Below, piece after piece: positions 24,981-35,827 of a DNA stretch of 64,000 nt. Source of the DNA: a virus. Below the pieces are notes generated by a model. That model saw nothing but the letters and a program-made list of their open reading frames with translations. It did no database searches and was not told the DNA's origin. Where the stretch lies: positions 1 through 64,000 of IMG/VR virus record IMGVR_UViG_3300021127_000004; one strand, written 5' to 3'. The position numbers and the translations under genes were made by a program. The first letter of the stretch is position 1. Every line of letters begins with the position of its first letter.

Positions 24981-27575
24981 TTAAGGGCAATTTATTGATT
25001 GTAATGCACCTACTACTGCATTTGTTACTGCCCATATAGTACCATCCCCTAATGCAACTGCTGTAATAGTGTTTGAAATAGGTATTGATGTGCCACTATC
25101 TGTATATAGTGTAACCCCACTAGCAAAAGAAGAAGTCGTATAAATGGTGGTATAAGGTTGGCTACAAACCGCCGTTGTAAGTACTGTACCTAATTGTACT
25201 ACTGTCGCTATTGATGGTGGCGTAACTAATATTGTTTGTTCTACTCCGCTTGCAGGACTTGAACAATTTTGCAATACTTGAATGTCGTAAGTAACCCCCA
25301 CCGTAACAGGAATGCTTACAGGTGTAACCAAATACCCATTGCTACCTACTGTTATTGCGGTAGAATATGTTGTATAAGGATATGCAGGGGAATGTCCACT
25401 AACACGATAAAGGACTGTTACTGTTTGTGCTGATGTAGGTATTGTGTCAAAAGCCAACTTGGTAATATTCAAATTTGTCCCCGAAATATTATATAAGAAA
25501 GAAAGTATAAGTGGGCAACTTGTTGTATTTGCACAAATAGTCGATGCTATGCAAAAATTATTCAAGAATTGTGTATCTGTGATACCTATTGCCATTATAG
25601 CCCTTGCTAATTGTATAGGGGTTGCAAACCCACAAGCATTGGCAAAAACCCCCAATATAATATCTGTTGAAGCAACGGAAGATGCAGGTGTACCAAAAAC
25701 CCCCTTGACTACATTACAATTTGTCCCTTTGTTCCCTAATGAATAAGCAACCAAAGACCCTAAAGCAGTATTTACCGCTTGTATGTAAATATCTAATTCA
25801 CCCCCTTGTGCTACTACTATATCTTGCTCTAATCCTGTTGAATTATTTAAAGCAGGAACGGTATAAGATTGGGATGTGAATACTTCGCTAGTGTCTAGTG
25901 TACAGATTTTATTGATTATATTCTGTATTACTGTTTGTGCAGGGATAGGAACATAACCCCCACTTGTCTTAGTAAATGTAGCCGCATAATTAGAACTAGC
26001 AACTGAATAGTTAAGCCCTATGATTACATTAGGATTAGTGTTAGATACTATATGAATAGTGCCATCTGCGGGGGAATCCCCACTTACTGAAAAAGTACCT
26101 ATCCCTAAAGTGTTAAGATATGTTTGTAGTGCAGGTAAGTTATTAGTATTGAAAGTAAAGTTAGTAAGGATACTTTCGCTTTGTAGTTGGAAAGAAGTCA
26201 ATATTGCATACACCCCTACCCCTGTTGGGATATTGGACAATGTGAAAGTATAGTTATTTGCTACACTACTATTGAATACGCATTTACCATCTACTATTAT
26301 ATCGAAGTTGCTGCTTTGGTTTAATTGGTTTATCAAATTGGGGTTAGCCAAAATAGCATTAACCAAATCTTGTGCAAGTACTGCTTCGTTTACTTTTAGG
26401 GTGTATGTCTTTTGGTCTCCCGAAACAGAAGTACTCCAAGAATAAGCATCTTCATTTGAAGGGTCAACTGCCACTAAGTAAGTTATATCCCCTATTGTAA
26501 GGGTTACGTTATTACCTGTTGCAGAATAAGAGCCTGTTATATCCCCACTAGGATTAAGTATGTAGTTTATCCCGTTTGATATTGCATTTTTACCCGTAAC
26601 TATACCTGACCCAATACCATAACAATTACAAGAAAATTTACCAATACGTTTTATCTTTTCAATAGTTGCAGGGACATCCACGCCCGTAAGTGGCTGCCAT
26701 AAGCCAATTACTACTTGTATAAAAAGGCTATTAATTTGCATTAATTGGTCTCTTGCGGCAGATATATCCACACAAGTACCATATCTGATAGTATCCTCTA
26801 ATTTAGTTATTTCACATACTAAAGGGGAAAGGTCAATATTACATAATGCAGCAAATGTCTTTCTTTGGAAGTAAAGTATGGTTACATAAGTATCATTACC
26901 GTATGCGTAATTGTAAATAGAGTTTTGTACAAATTCATAAGCATCTGAACTTACTGTAAGTGGGGCAGAACATACGGCATAATTATTAGCCACAAAAGGG
27001 ATTGGGCTTGTCCCTGTCCCATCCAAAGGATATTTAAGGCTTAGTGTAGATGATATTTGTGTGCCTATCAAACCATTGTAACCATAATTTGTTTGGTCTT
27101 GGAATAAAACGCTTTGTTGGCTACATTGTACCGTTGCTATTGTAGATGCCAAACCTGTCATATCCTGCGAAGCAGTAGTGTTCCCGTTTGGTCTTATTAT
27201 TGTAGCATTTTGTACTGGGGCGGTATATATATTCCCTACACTATCCTGACAAGTTACTTGGAATGTAAAAGGTACAGGAGAAAATTCTATATTACCTGCG
27301 GGCATAGGGAATCTATCGTTCAATACCGTATTAGACCAAACCCCCACAATATCAGGATTACTAATATCCCCGTTATGTATGATTGTTTGTGAAGGTGATA
27401 TTACCAAAAATGCGTATGATACATTTTGTAGGTTTGTCCCCGTACTAAGATTTTGTAGTTTTACTTTAGGGGTTGGCTGTACGTTGCCATTTGAATCAAC
27501 ATTTTGTGTCAAATCAAAAGTTACGGCTACCCTTAAAAGACCTATATCGGGAGAATTTGTTATTACTAATGACAT
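24981..27575 (-). CDS. large Cys-containing virion structural protein
   Basis: 864 aa beta-rich, CNC and paired Cys motifs, FN3-like end. Confidence 0.6.
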   Translation of the reverse strand: MSLVITNSPDIGLLRVAVTFDLTQNVDSNGNVQPTPKVKLQNLSTGTNLQNVSYAFLVISPSQTIIHNGDISNPDIVGVWSNTVLNDRFPMPAGNIEFSPVPFTFQVTCQDSVGNIYTAPVQNATIIRPNGNTTASQDMTGLASTIATVQCSQQSVLFQDQTNYGYNGLIGTQISSTLSLKYPLDGTGTSPIPFVANNYAVCSAPLTVSSDAYEFVQNSIYNYAYGNDTYVTILYFQRKTFAALCNIDLSPLVCEITKLEDTIRYGTCVDISAARDQLMQINSLFIQVVIGLWQPLTGVDVPATIEKIKRIGKFSCNCYGIGSGIVTGKNAISNGINYILNPSGDITGSYSATGNNVTLTIGDITYLVAVDPSNEDAYSWSTSVSGDQKTYTLKVNEAVLAQDLVNAILANPNLINQLNQSSNFDIIVDGKCVFNSSVANNYTFTLSNIPTGVGVYAILTSFQLQSESILTNFTFNTNNLPALQTYLNTLGIGTFSVSGDSPADGTIHIVSNTNPNVIIGLNYSVASSNYAATFTKTSGGYVPIPAQTVIQNIINKICTLDTSEVFTSQSYTVPALNNSTGLEQDIVVAQGGELDIYIQAVNTALGSLVAYSLGNKGTNCNVVKGVFGTPASSVASTDIILGVFANACGFATPIQLARAIMAIGITDTQFLNNFCIASTICANTTSCPLILSFLYNISGTNLNITKLAFDTIPTSAQTVTVLYRVSGHSPAYPYTTYSTAITVGSNGYLVTPVSIPVTVGVTYDIQVLQNCSSPASGVEQTILVTPPSIATVVQLGTVLTTAVCSQPYTTIYTTSSFASGVTLYTDSGTSIPISNTITAVALGDGTIWAVTNAVVGALQSINCP

Positions 27576-27594
27576 ATTCTAAATTTTTAAAAAC

Positions 27595-27627
27595 AAAAAG
27601 GGCGAACCGAAAATCAGCCGCCCTATT
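27595..27627 (-). terminator. intrinsic terminator after capsid gene cluster
   Basis: Minus strand AGGGCGGCTGA-TTT-TCGGTTCGCCCT-TTTTG. Confidence 0.8.
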
Positions 27628-27658
27628 ACCCACCACCCACAGCGCAATGGGCAACTAT

Positions 27659-28438
27659 TTACACGGCTGTTATTACTGTACCAAAGTTATCTCCCAAAGT
27701 AAATCCTGTTGCGAATAATGTTGAGTTAGTCGAATCAAGATACCAAGTAATTTCACCCCCGTTTGTATAATTTGCGTTTAAGTATGTCAACAATGCTGCG
27801 GGTGTAGAATATGTAGTTGGTGCTGTTGGAAGAAACACGTTATTGATAATCCCTTGTGGGAAATATTTTAAAGAACCACTTAATGTTGGCAACGCTACGG
27901 TTGTGTAATTAACCCCTGCCGCAAAGTAAGTAATAGTCCCATCATTTGTTTGATTGATACTTACTTGTGGTATAATTACTTTAGGAAATAATGTAGGGTC
28001 AACTGCAAATATTTGTCTAGGTGAATTAAATGGGTCTGTTATTTGTACAATACCTTGCATCAATATAACCGTACCCCCACTTTGGACACTAGCTGCTGCC
28101 ATCAAATCTGTCAATTCCCCAAATATGTACCAATACTTAGATGTTCTAGGTTCTTTAATCAAGAAACAAGGAAGGCTATCTACGGTAGGTGGGGTTAAGT
28201 AATATTGCCCCGTCCTTAATGTATTGTAATCAAACCCCGTAAAAACACCATTATCTGAAATAGGTACAGCCCATCTATCGTAGTTATCAAACTTTAAATC
28301 AGATGCCTTTGTTGGAACATACAATGCCTTTGGAGAACAGGATAGACCGTTTACCATATCAAGGAAGTCTATCCCGTTTTCGTTTAAGACACACGCCGCA
28401 ACGGTATTACCAAAAATATAAGGAGCAGGTGTTGACAT
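27659..28438 (-). CDS. putative auxiliary capsid/decoration protein (paralog 2)
   Basis: Shares motifs with 28458-29189; downstream of capsid gene. Confidence 0.55.
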   Translation of the reverse strand: MSTPAPYIFGNTVAACVLNENGIDFLDMVNGLSCSPKALYVPTKASDLKFDNYDRWAVPISDNGVFTGFDYNTLRTGQYYLTPPTVDSLPCFLIKEPRTSKYWYIFGELTDLMAAASVQSGGTVILMQGIVQITDPFNSPRQIFAVDPTLFPKVIIPQVSINQTNDGTITYFAAGVNYTTVALPTLSGSLKYFPQGIINNVFLPTAPTTYSTPAALLTYLNANYTNGGEITWYLDSTNSTLFATGFTLGDNFGTVITAV

Positions 28439-28457
28439 TAATTACTTTTATTTACTA

Positions 28458-29189
28458 TTAAAGTGCAGGGTTCACCGCAATCACACCACCACCAAATACT
28501 ATTGGAGTGGTAGCACTAAAGTTTGTAATCGTACCAATCAAGGTAAGGTTATCAGAACTCAAAGCCCAAGTGAAAGTAGTAGAACCGATTGTAGTCCAAT
28601 GTGCATTTGCAAATGTCAATAGGTTTGCAGGGGTTGTATAAGTTGTACCTGCTATTGATGCAGTAGGATATGCTTCTGTACCATTCACGTTTGCAAAAGG
28701 GAATAGTTGCAAGCTACCTGACAAGGTAGGCAATGCTAGGTTTACAGTTGTGTTACCGTTTACATCTGCACCATATACTGTTTGTACCCCATAAAGCGTT
28801 GCAGCCCCGTGAATGTAATAAACAGAATTGTAAGGGTTGGCTGAACCATTCAAGTATGCAGTTGTAGTTGGCAATGCAGTACCACCATTGGAAGCAGTTA
28901 CATATTGTGCAGAAGTACCTACTACTATCCAACTGTCTGAACTATTAGTCATAGACAATTTGAATACAGGGATACCCCACAATGGCAATGGCTGATTAGG
29001 GCTGTCTGCAAGGTTATAAGGGATATAGTCGTAATCGGAAACAAACCCCTCATTAACAGGAACTGCATAATAATCGCCGTCTAAGTGACCGCCCTCTAAA
29101 GGGGTAGCAATTTCTTGTAAAGAACCTATTAGTTGGGATTTCACGAAATCAATCTGATTCCCCTTTCTTAATACTAACGCTTGTATCAT
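28458..29189 (-). CDS. putative auxiliary capsid/decoration protein (paralog 1)
   Basis: Shares ALPTLSGSL etc. with neighbour; capsid cluster. Confidence 0.55.
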   Translation of the reverse strand: MIQALVLRKGNQIDFVKSQLIGSLQEIATPLEGGHLDGDYYAVPVNEGFVSDYDYIPYNLADSPNQPLPLWGIPVFKLSMTNSSDSWIVVGTSAQYVTASNGGTALPTTTAYLNGSANPYNSVYYIHGAATLYGVQTVYGADVNGNTTVNLALPTLSGSLQLFPFANVNGTEAYPTASIAGTTYTTPANLLTFANAHWTTIGSTTFTWALSSDNLTLIGTITNFSATTPIVFGGGVIAVNPAL

Positions 29190-29201
29190 AATTTATATTG
29201 T

Positions 29202-30149
29202 TTAATTTTCTGAAACTTGTTTTTCTTTTAAGTCAACCTTTGCTATCAACTCTTGATATTTAGCTGCATATTCAGGGGTTTTAAGCAATTCTGCGATTTG
29301 TTTAATCTTAGTCTTTTCGCTTAAATTTTTACCTTCGTAATTAGCCAATACCTTATTGTCGTCAACAAATGAAGCTGTATTTGCCCCTATGTTTATAACT
29401 TGCAACTCTTTTGCGTGGACAATCAATGTTGTTACATTATCATCCAAAGTGGTAATAGTATTAAGGAACGTTTCAGGGTCTGCGCTTGCCATACCTGCCA
29501 ATACTGTTAATTTTTGGGAGTATGTATCGCCACCGTAAGCATTGAACAATGATAATAATGTATCAATCTTAGTTGTTTGGTAAACGTTTTTGCCCCCTTC
29601 TTTCTTGACTAAGTTAGCAACATACCCAATAGCCTTGTTACTTACTATCCACCTGTCGTTAAATTGTTCCTCGTCTTTCAAAGGCTCAATTACTTTAAAG
29701 AACTTCTTTGATGTATCCCCATCAGGTCTGTTTGTTGCATTCTCGTTAAAGGCGCAATCCCTCATAAAAGAAAACATCCCCCTGTCACCTTCGTCTTTAA
29801 GAACTAGGATACCGTTTGGTATCTTTATTTTCTCCCCACTAGGGATATACTCCCCGTTTTCATTGGTTCTAGTTTGGATGCCCTTGGCTTGTAATTTGGT
29901 AATCTCGTTTTCATAGATTCCTTTTACATACCTAATTGGGATTTGATTCCCTTCCTCATCCCACTTGTAACTAATTGTAGGTAGGTAAATCACGCTAGGA
30001 AAAGACTTTACATCTTCTGTCTTTTGTGACATTACATTCGGGGCGATTTCCCTTCTAAATCCGCTATCCCCCTTAATCGTACTTTCAAAGATTAATACCT
30101 GTACTTCTTTCTTTTTGCTAGAAGGTTTAGCTGTGGCTACTTCTGTCAT
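29202..30149 (-). CDS. conserved protein downstream of major capsid gene
   Basis: IRY..G...I....Q, I...NG.L pattern; position as in crAss-like phages. Confidence 0.55.
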   Translation of the reverse strand: MTEVATAKPSSKKKEVQVLIFESTIKGDSGFRREIAPNVMSQKTEDVKSFPSVIYLPTISYKWDEEGNQIPIRYVKGIYENEITKLQAKGIQTRTNENGEYIPSGEKIKIPNGILVLKDEGDRGMFSFMRDCAFNENATNRPDGDTSKKFFKVIEPLKDEEQFNDRWIVSNKAIGYVANLVKKEGGKNVYQTTKIDTLLSLFNAYGGDTYSQKLTVLAGMASADPETFLNTITTLDDNVTTLIVHAKELQVINIGANTASFVDDNKVLANYEGKNLSEKTKIKQIAELLKTPEYAAKYQELIAKVDLKEKQVSEN

Positions 30150-30170
30150 TTATCTACGTTTTATTGTTTA

Positions 30171-31736
30171 TTAGTTATTTTGATAACCTTGTGCAACTGC
30201 CCAGAACTCTGCGTTATGCAAAATCATACACATTGATTCTTCACAATCAATTTCGATTGCTTCACAACCACCTGCAAGGTTACGCAAGTCACGGTAGTGT
30301 TCTGTGTAAGCACCACCCCATTGATTGCTTTGGATTTGATAGAACTCCATAGCTTTCAATTCTTTACCGTTACCGTCTGTCAAACCGCCGTGAGGCATAA
30401 AGTAAGATATGTAACGGTTGTTATCAGAACCTATTGAACGTTCATCACTCAAAGCCCCAAGTTCTTTCAATGTCACTACACGACCCTTATAAGAGTATGC
30501 AGAAAGACCAATTTTGTTTACTGCTGTTTCGGCGTCTTTTTCACCTCTTTCGTTTGCGCTTCTTTTGAAAGCCTCAAACGCAAGTGTACCTACTACGTTA
30601 CGAGTAACCATCTTATTTGTACGGTCAACTGTTTTAAGGTTGAACCCTAAGCCTCCCAAAGCAGTAAATTCTTTTGTTCTCTTAAAGCCATCATTGTAAA
30701 GCAAGAATGGTTCGTAATCACTTTCCCAATCAAATCCAATAGATGCAGAGAAAGGAATCAATGAAGCACCACCGTAGAATAATGAAGGGTTCATACCGTA
30801 GAAACCAATAGTCCAACTATCAAGACCTTGATTTGTCAAACCGCCTGTATTTTGATATACAGAGTTGAAATCGGGGCTACCGCTAAAGCAGTGAATATTC
30901 AAGAAATATCTTAGTTTCTTTCTAAGTTGTTGCATTTCGTAAGTATCGAAAGCATCAAATTCTTTACCTTCTGCATCAATGAATACTGCATAACGTGCTT
31001 GGTCTAACAACCCACGCAAAGTATCAATTTGATAAGAAGCATCTTTTCTTGCTCTTAGGAAATAGTTTTCTCTAGCCCAACCTAAAGTTTCAAAACTTTC
31101 TTTAGGGATAGCACAAGAATAACCACCTACCGCAACCGCTTCCAATACTAAGTAAGGCTTGTTGGCATACAAAGTAATAGGGGTTGTGTTTGAAGCCAAA
31201 GAACGCACTTGGATTTTATGTGCATTAGGGATACTTGAATCCTTTGCAACTACTTCATACATTGTGTTCGTTTCCTTATCCAAAATACGATACCCTGCTG
31301 ATGGCAAAGAGTAAACACCGTTTTGGCTGTGGTTTGAAGGTATGATAGTACCTGTTGCAATTTGGGTAGTAATACCGTTTACAGTTGTTGCAGTACTTGT
31401 TACAGTAGCACCAAAGTAAATATTAAAGTTTGGCTCACCTGCATACCTGTTGTAGAAACGCTTAGTGTTCACCATTGTTTCCCCTGTATTGAACAAGTCA
31501 AACATAAAGTTGTAATCTATGTTTTCCCCTTTTAGGTTAATCAATTCGTGAATGATGTTCTTTTGGAATGTAGTCCCTTGCAGGTCATTCTTATTCAAAC
31601 CTAACGCATTCTGCGCTGAACCTGTCCAAGTGATAGCCCCTATCGCTTGGTTTAAATTTGCCATTGTCAATAACCCATCAACCGTAAAAGGTTTTTGTTG
31701 GAATCTAGGCGAGTTGCTAAATGAAGGTATTGCCAT
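30171..31736 (-). CDS. major capsid protein (putative)
   Basis: 521 aa, follows portal and scaffold-like gene, followed by a terminator-bounded cluster. Confidence 0.7.
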   Translation of the reverse strand: MAIPSFSNSPRFQQKPFTVDGLLTMANLNQAIGAITWTGSAQNALGLNKNDLQGTTFQKNIIHELINLKGENIDYNFMFDLFNTGETMVNTKRFYNRYAGEPNFNIYFGATVTSTATTVNGITTQIATGTIIPSNHSQNGVYSLPSAGYRILDKETNTMYEVVAKDSSIPNAHKIQVRSLASNTTPITLYANKPYLVLEAVAVGGYSCAIPKESFETLGWARENYFLRARKDASYQIDTLRGLLDQARYAVFIDAEGKEFDAFDTYEMQQLRKKLRYFLNIHCFSGSPDFNSVYQNTGGLTNQGLDSWTIGFYGMNPSLFYGGASLIPFSASIGFDWESDYEPFLLYNDGFKRTKEFTALGGLGFNLKTVDRTNKMVTRNVVGTLAFEAFKRSANERGEKDAETAVNKIGLSAYSYKGRVVTLKELGALSDERSIGSDNNRYISYFMPHGGLTDGNGKELKAMEFYQIQSNQWGGAYTEHYRDLRNLAGGCEAIEIDCEESMCMILHNAEFWAVAQGYQNN

Positions 31737-31763
31737 ATTGTTTTATTTTATTGTTTGTTTGTT

Positions 31764-32882
31764 TTAATTATTTTCCGCACTATAATAAGCGTTTCTTTTT
31801 TCTATCCCCGTCTTTACTTCTGTACCATTGCTCAAAGCAACCCTGTCTTTCAATATCCCTTTCAACCCCCCTTTGTGCCTGATAACCCCCTTATTTACCG
31901 CATCTGACAATATGCTTGGCAAGTTTTCTACTATGATGGCATTTTTTACTATCGTAGATATTTGCTCTTTTGTAGCACCGTTTAGTATTTGCTTTCTAGC
32001 TTCTGATTCAGATAAGAAGTGTTCAATATATCCTTCTATCGCTTCACTAGCATCTACTTTTAAAGTCCAATCAACGCCTGCTATTGGCAATTCCAAACTT
32101 TTCAATTCGGTCTTTACTTCTTCTATGATAGCCTTATATGTTGGGGCTTTTGAAAGAACTTCTTTGTTTACCTTTTCTTCTTCTGATTTTTGTTTTTCAA
32201 AAGAAGTGTATTTATCTTCTAGGCTTACTATTTCGGGGAATGTACTTTCGATAATGTTTTTTGCAAGTGCATTAAGAAGTTTTTGCCCTCTCTTATACTT
32301 TGCGCTTTCTTTATCTTCGTTCAATCCAAACTTTTCGTCATATTCCGCCTTGAAATCATCTTCGTCAAATCCTTCTTCTTGTCTTGCTTCTTCAAGTTGT
32401 TGTTCATAAACTGCTTGGTGTGGGTTTGCATTTACTTTTGTAAACAATTCAAAACTTTCTGCATCAATCAGCTTGTTTTGTAACCCCCAAGCAAGGGATT
32501 CTGATTTACGTCTTGATTTTTCTGCCTTTTCATCAACTACGGGTTTAAATAAATCAGAAACATCATCACGACCCGTTTTCTTTTTAAGGTATTCTACGAC
32601 TGCTTCGTCTGTCAATTCGATTTTAGCAGGGGCATCGTCTTTTTTTTCTTCAACTATTGGGGTAACTTCTTCTTTTTGTTTTGCGCCAATCTTTAAAGGG
32701 GTTTCGTCAATAACTTCTTCTGACTTATCATCTACGTTATCAACTTTATTTGCAGGGGTTTCCAAAGAACTATAATATTCGTCTCTTTTCTTCCTAGCCT
32801 CTAGGACTGCGGCATCATCACCGCCTCCTCCTGTTATTTCTGTATCCGTGTTGAAAATGAATTTGCTGTGGGTGCGAATCAT
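31764..32882 (-). CDS. putative scaffolding protein
   Basis: Very acidic, helical, directly upstream of capsid gene. Confidence 0.55.
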   Translation of the reverse strand: MIRTHSKFIFNTDTEITGGGGDDAAVLEARKKRDEYYSSLETPANKVDNVDDKSEEVIDETPLKIGAKQKEEVTPIVEEKKDDAPAKIELTDEAVVEYLKKKTGRDDVSDLFKPVVDEKAEKSRRKSESLAWGLQNKLIDAESFELFTKVNANPHQAVYEQQLEEARQEEGFDEDDFKAEYDEKFGLNEDKESAKYKRGQKLLNALAKNIIESTFPEIVSLEDKYTSFEKQKSEEEKVNKEVLSKAPTYKAIIEEVKTELKSLELPIAGVDWTLKVDASEAIEGYIEHFLSESEARKQILNGATKEQISTIVKNAIIVENLPSILSDAVNKGVIRHKGGLKGILKDRVALSNGTEVKTGIEKRNAYYSAENN

Positions 32883-32916
32883 AAATAATTAATTACGATG
32901 TAAAATTGCACCCGAT

Positions 32917-32947
32917 TTTGTTCTTAAATAACATTCCATTACCTTTG
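32917..32947 (+). promoter_or_regulatory. Bacteroidota promoter (-33 TTTG, -7 TACCTTTG)
   Basis: TTTG 32917-32920, 19-nt spacer, TACCTTTG 32940-32947. Confidence 0.7.
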
Positions 32948-32967
32948 TAATCTTTCAAAGTGATTAT

Positions 32968-33291
32968 ATGTCAAAAAGGAATGTTGTTCAATTAAAACCC
33001 ACTAGGACTGAAAACGAGTGGAAAGCATTTGAAGAAAAAATTAAAAGGGATAACCCAAAGGTTACTATACGTTCCTATCTTAGAAAGAAAATAATAACTT
33101 TGATAAGGGATTTCAATGAATGTCCCGAATGTATAACTGAAATGGTTAGCCAAAAAAGGGTGTGGAGTAGTACTTATATATCTACTGACGAACACGAGGC
33201 ATTAAAGATAATATCCCAAAAAACAAATACCCCCATCAACACTATTATTGATAGGGGTATTATTCAACCCGTTCTGATAGAAAAAATCTAA
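32968..33291 (+). CDS. putative tandem ribbon-helix-helix regulator
   Basis: Two strand-helix-helix-like halves linked by CPEC; own promoter. Confidence 0.55.
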   Translation: MSKRNVVQLKPTRTENEWKAFEEKIKRDNPKVTIRSYLRKKIITLIRDFNECPECITEMVSQKRVWSSTYISTDEHEALKIISQKTNTPINTIIDRGIIQPVLIEKI

Positions 33292-35768
33292 TAGCTTTCT
33301 TGCTGTTGCAAATCTGCTTTATGTGTGGCTAAGTCTTTTTGGTTAGCCGTTCTTGTTTGTTGTTTTGTAGGCTCGTTTTCTATCTTTTTATCTGTAATAT
33401 CTTCTTTAGTCTTATTGTTAAGTTGTGCAACTTGTACCATAGCTTGTGCAGGGATTTGAGCCTTTTGTATTTCTGCCGCATCTTTAGCTTGTTGCATCTT
33501 AGCTTGATTAGCTTGCATTTCTTTTTCGTGGTCTTGCTGCATCTTCATTTCTTCCAACTTTTCTTTTCTCACACGCTTTCTTGCTTTCTCACGATATTGC
33601 TCTAATAATGCTAATCCTTGTCTTGGGTCTTTCTCACGGGTAATAATTCCCCACTCGTTTAATTCTATCCCACCTTTACCGTCCTGATTAGCTAATGCCA
33701 TATCTGCTGCTTGAATAACCTTTTGTCTATCCATAGCTGTAATGTAGTTGCCTACATATAATCCTAATCTATGTGCTGCTTTGTTTTTATCTGCATAGTC
33801 TTTTAGGGTTTTCAAGTTGTTGAACTGTAATTCCCCTATTATTGACCTAATCCAATCGCAAGCCAAACTATCTTCAAAAGCTAAAGCATCTTGGGTTGTG
33901 TTTAGTATCCTAGTACATATACGTTCTTTTACATACTGTATTATCCTAAATATATACCCTGTGCTTTTTTCGCTTTGGGTTGTTTCCATTTCGGAAGCCT
34001 TGAAGCCTTTTCGTGCATTTTGCACTTGTCCTAATCTTACATCATTAAGACCTACCATTTGGGCAATGTTTTCAATAGCTGTCTTTTCTATTGATTCTAT
34101 CCACATTGATTGTAGGTCACGGGGTTGCTGTACTTCTATCCTATGGTAGTCTTGGGTTTTTCTGCCATCTATTCTAGGTCTTACCCTAATCCTAACGTGG
34201 GATTGTTTTTGTACTTTTACTATATCCTCTAAAATATTCCCTACTGAAAAGTTGGGGGAATCTTCGTTGTCTTGTTGATACTCCCTTTTGAATAGTTGAG
34301 CCAACTCCATTACCTCGTCCCAATCGTAATCTTCTTTGTTAGGCTGTACTTTTGATAGCAACCATAATATCCTATAAGCAGCTTGGTTTGCCTTGAAAAT
34401 ATCCGTCTTAGATATATCTACTGCGCTTGCACCTTCTTTACGGTAAACTATCATATTGCCACAAGAATATTCATCATTTACCCCTTGTGTATCTTGATAG
34501 ATTACTTTACCGAAATTATATATCCATTGGGATATGCTTGTAGTCGGTAAAAAGTAACTATAATAAAATTGCTCGTTAGTGATATTTTCTACAACATACC
34601 CTTCTGTAACTTCTTTGTCGTCTAAGTCATAACCATAAGGGACAATCTTGCCTACTTCTATTTCTTTCCCGTTCTTATCTTTTTTTGATAGGTATGACTT
34701 TGTGGCATCTATTGAGCAAAACTCAATATACCCAACTTGAACATTATAGGTATAGGCTTGTTCCCAAGAAAGGAATTTGCCCCCAAACTCCCCACTATAA
34801 CCTTGCGCTTGTGAGAAATAGTCTTTATCGCTTTCGTAATTTGGGTGATGTTTCCCGTTGTATTCCCTATTGCCCTGTGTAAAACCAGTGTAGGTGCTGT
34901 TGTTGCTGAAATTTAAAGCCCATAGTAATTGATACCAATCCCGTTCAAAGTCGAAATCCTGACCTGCCATTGCGATAAAATCCCTTAATGGGACATTCTG
35001 CACCCACCCGTTACAAATATCCCTAGAGCCATCACGTTTATTGCCAAATATGCCATATACTTCTTCGGGGAATATCCTTTGTATCTTTTGTTCCCCCGTT
35101 GTTTGGCTAACATATTTATGTACTGTACAAGTATTGGTGCTAAGAATGTCTATAACGTTGTCCTCTAATATTTCTTTGTCGTAGTTGTTTACATTTAGTA
35201 CTGCACTTATTACTTTGTTAGCGGCGATTTCTTGCTTTAATCGGATAAAGTCATTCCTATGAAAGAAGTCTATATCTTCTTTGTCATTGGGGTCTAACCC
35301 GTATAAAAGCATTTCTTTTATGTTGGTCTTAAACTTTGTATCGTCTGCTGGCAAAGGGGGTAATCCTACCCTTGAATTTAATTCAGATACTGCTTTTTGA
35401 TGTTGGGTAAAAGTAGACAATCTTTTAATATCTGCTTGCTTATCCATCATTGCTGATTCATCATTTGCCCTTACTGTTATTTCGGGGGGGTCGCTTCGCA
35501 ATTCTTCCAAGATGATATTGAATATACGCCCCCAAATCCCCAAAGGAACGAAATCGGTATTTTCTAAAAACTCTTTATCGCTAAAAAAAGCCTTTACATT
35601 GTCCATTGGTTGCTGTGAAAATAGTATCTGTCTATTTTCAATAGCACGTTCACGATTGACTAACTGTACCCAATCTCGTCTGAATATAGTTATTACATCG
35701 TTAAACCATTTTGCATCTTTTTTATTTGGATTAAGCTGTTTGTAACACTCCGAAGCAAATAAGTCCAT
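33288..35768 (-). CDS. portal protein (putative)
   Basis: 826 aa, I.V.A.D, GLN..RLGQ, Gln-rich coiled-coil C-terminal barrel; position before scaffold and capsid. Confidence 0.78.
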   Translation of the reverse strand: MDLFASECYKQLNPNKKDAKWFNDVITIFRRDWVQLVNRERAIENRQILFSQQPMDNVKAFFSDKEFLENTDFVPLGIWGRIFNIILEELRSDPPEITVRANDESAMMDKQADIKRLSTFTQHQKAVSELNSRVGLPPLPADDTKFKTNIKEMLLYGLDPNDKEDIDFFHRNDFIRLKQEIAANKVISAVLNVNNYDKEILEDNVIDILSTNTCTVHKYVSQTTGEQKIQRIFPEEVYGIFGNKRDGSRDICNGWVQNVPLRDFIAMAGQDFDFERDWYQLLWALNFSNNSTYTGFTQGNREYNGKHHPNYESDKDYFSQAQGYSGEFGGKFLSWEQAYTYNVQVGYIEFCSIDATKSYLSKKDKNGKEIEVGKIVPYGYDLDDKEVTEGYVVENITNEQFYYSYFLPTTSISQWIYNFGKVIYQDTQGVNDEYSCGNMIVYRKEGASAVDISKTDIFKANQAAYRILWLLSKVQPNKEDYDWDEVMELAQLFKREYQQDNEDSPNFSVGNILEDIVKVQKQSHVRIRVRPRIDGRKTQDYHRIEVQQPRDLQSMWIESIEKTAIENIAQMVGLNDVRLGQVQNARKGFKASEMETTQSEKSTGYIFRIIQYVKERICTRILNTTQDALAFEDSLACDWIRSIIGELQFNNLKTLKDYADKNKAAHRLGLYVGNYITAMDRQKVIQAADMALANQDGKGGIELNEWGIITREKDPRQGLALLEQYREKARKRVRKEKLEEMKMQQDHEKEMQANQAKMQQAKDAAEIQKAQIPAQAMVQVAQLNNKTKEDITDKKIENEPTKQQTRTANQKDLATHKADLQQQESY

Positions 35769-35795
35769 AAATTATAATTATTGTGTAAAAGTACA

Positions 35796-35803
35796 TAAAT
35801 TTG
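35796..35803 (+). promoter_or_regulatory. Bacteroidota -7 element TAAATTTG
   Basis: 24 nt upstream of ATG 35828; contains the TTG the ORF track used as start. Confidence 0.6.
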
Positions 35804-35827
35804 CACGAATTAATTAAACTAGAAAAA

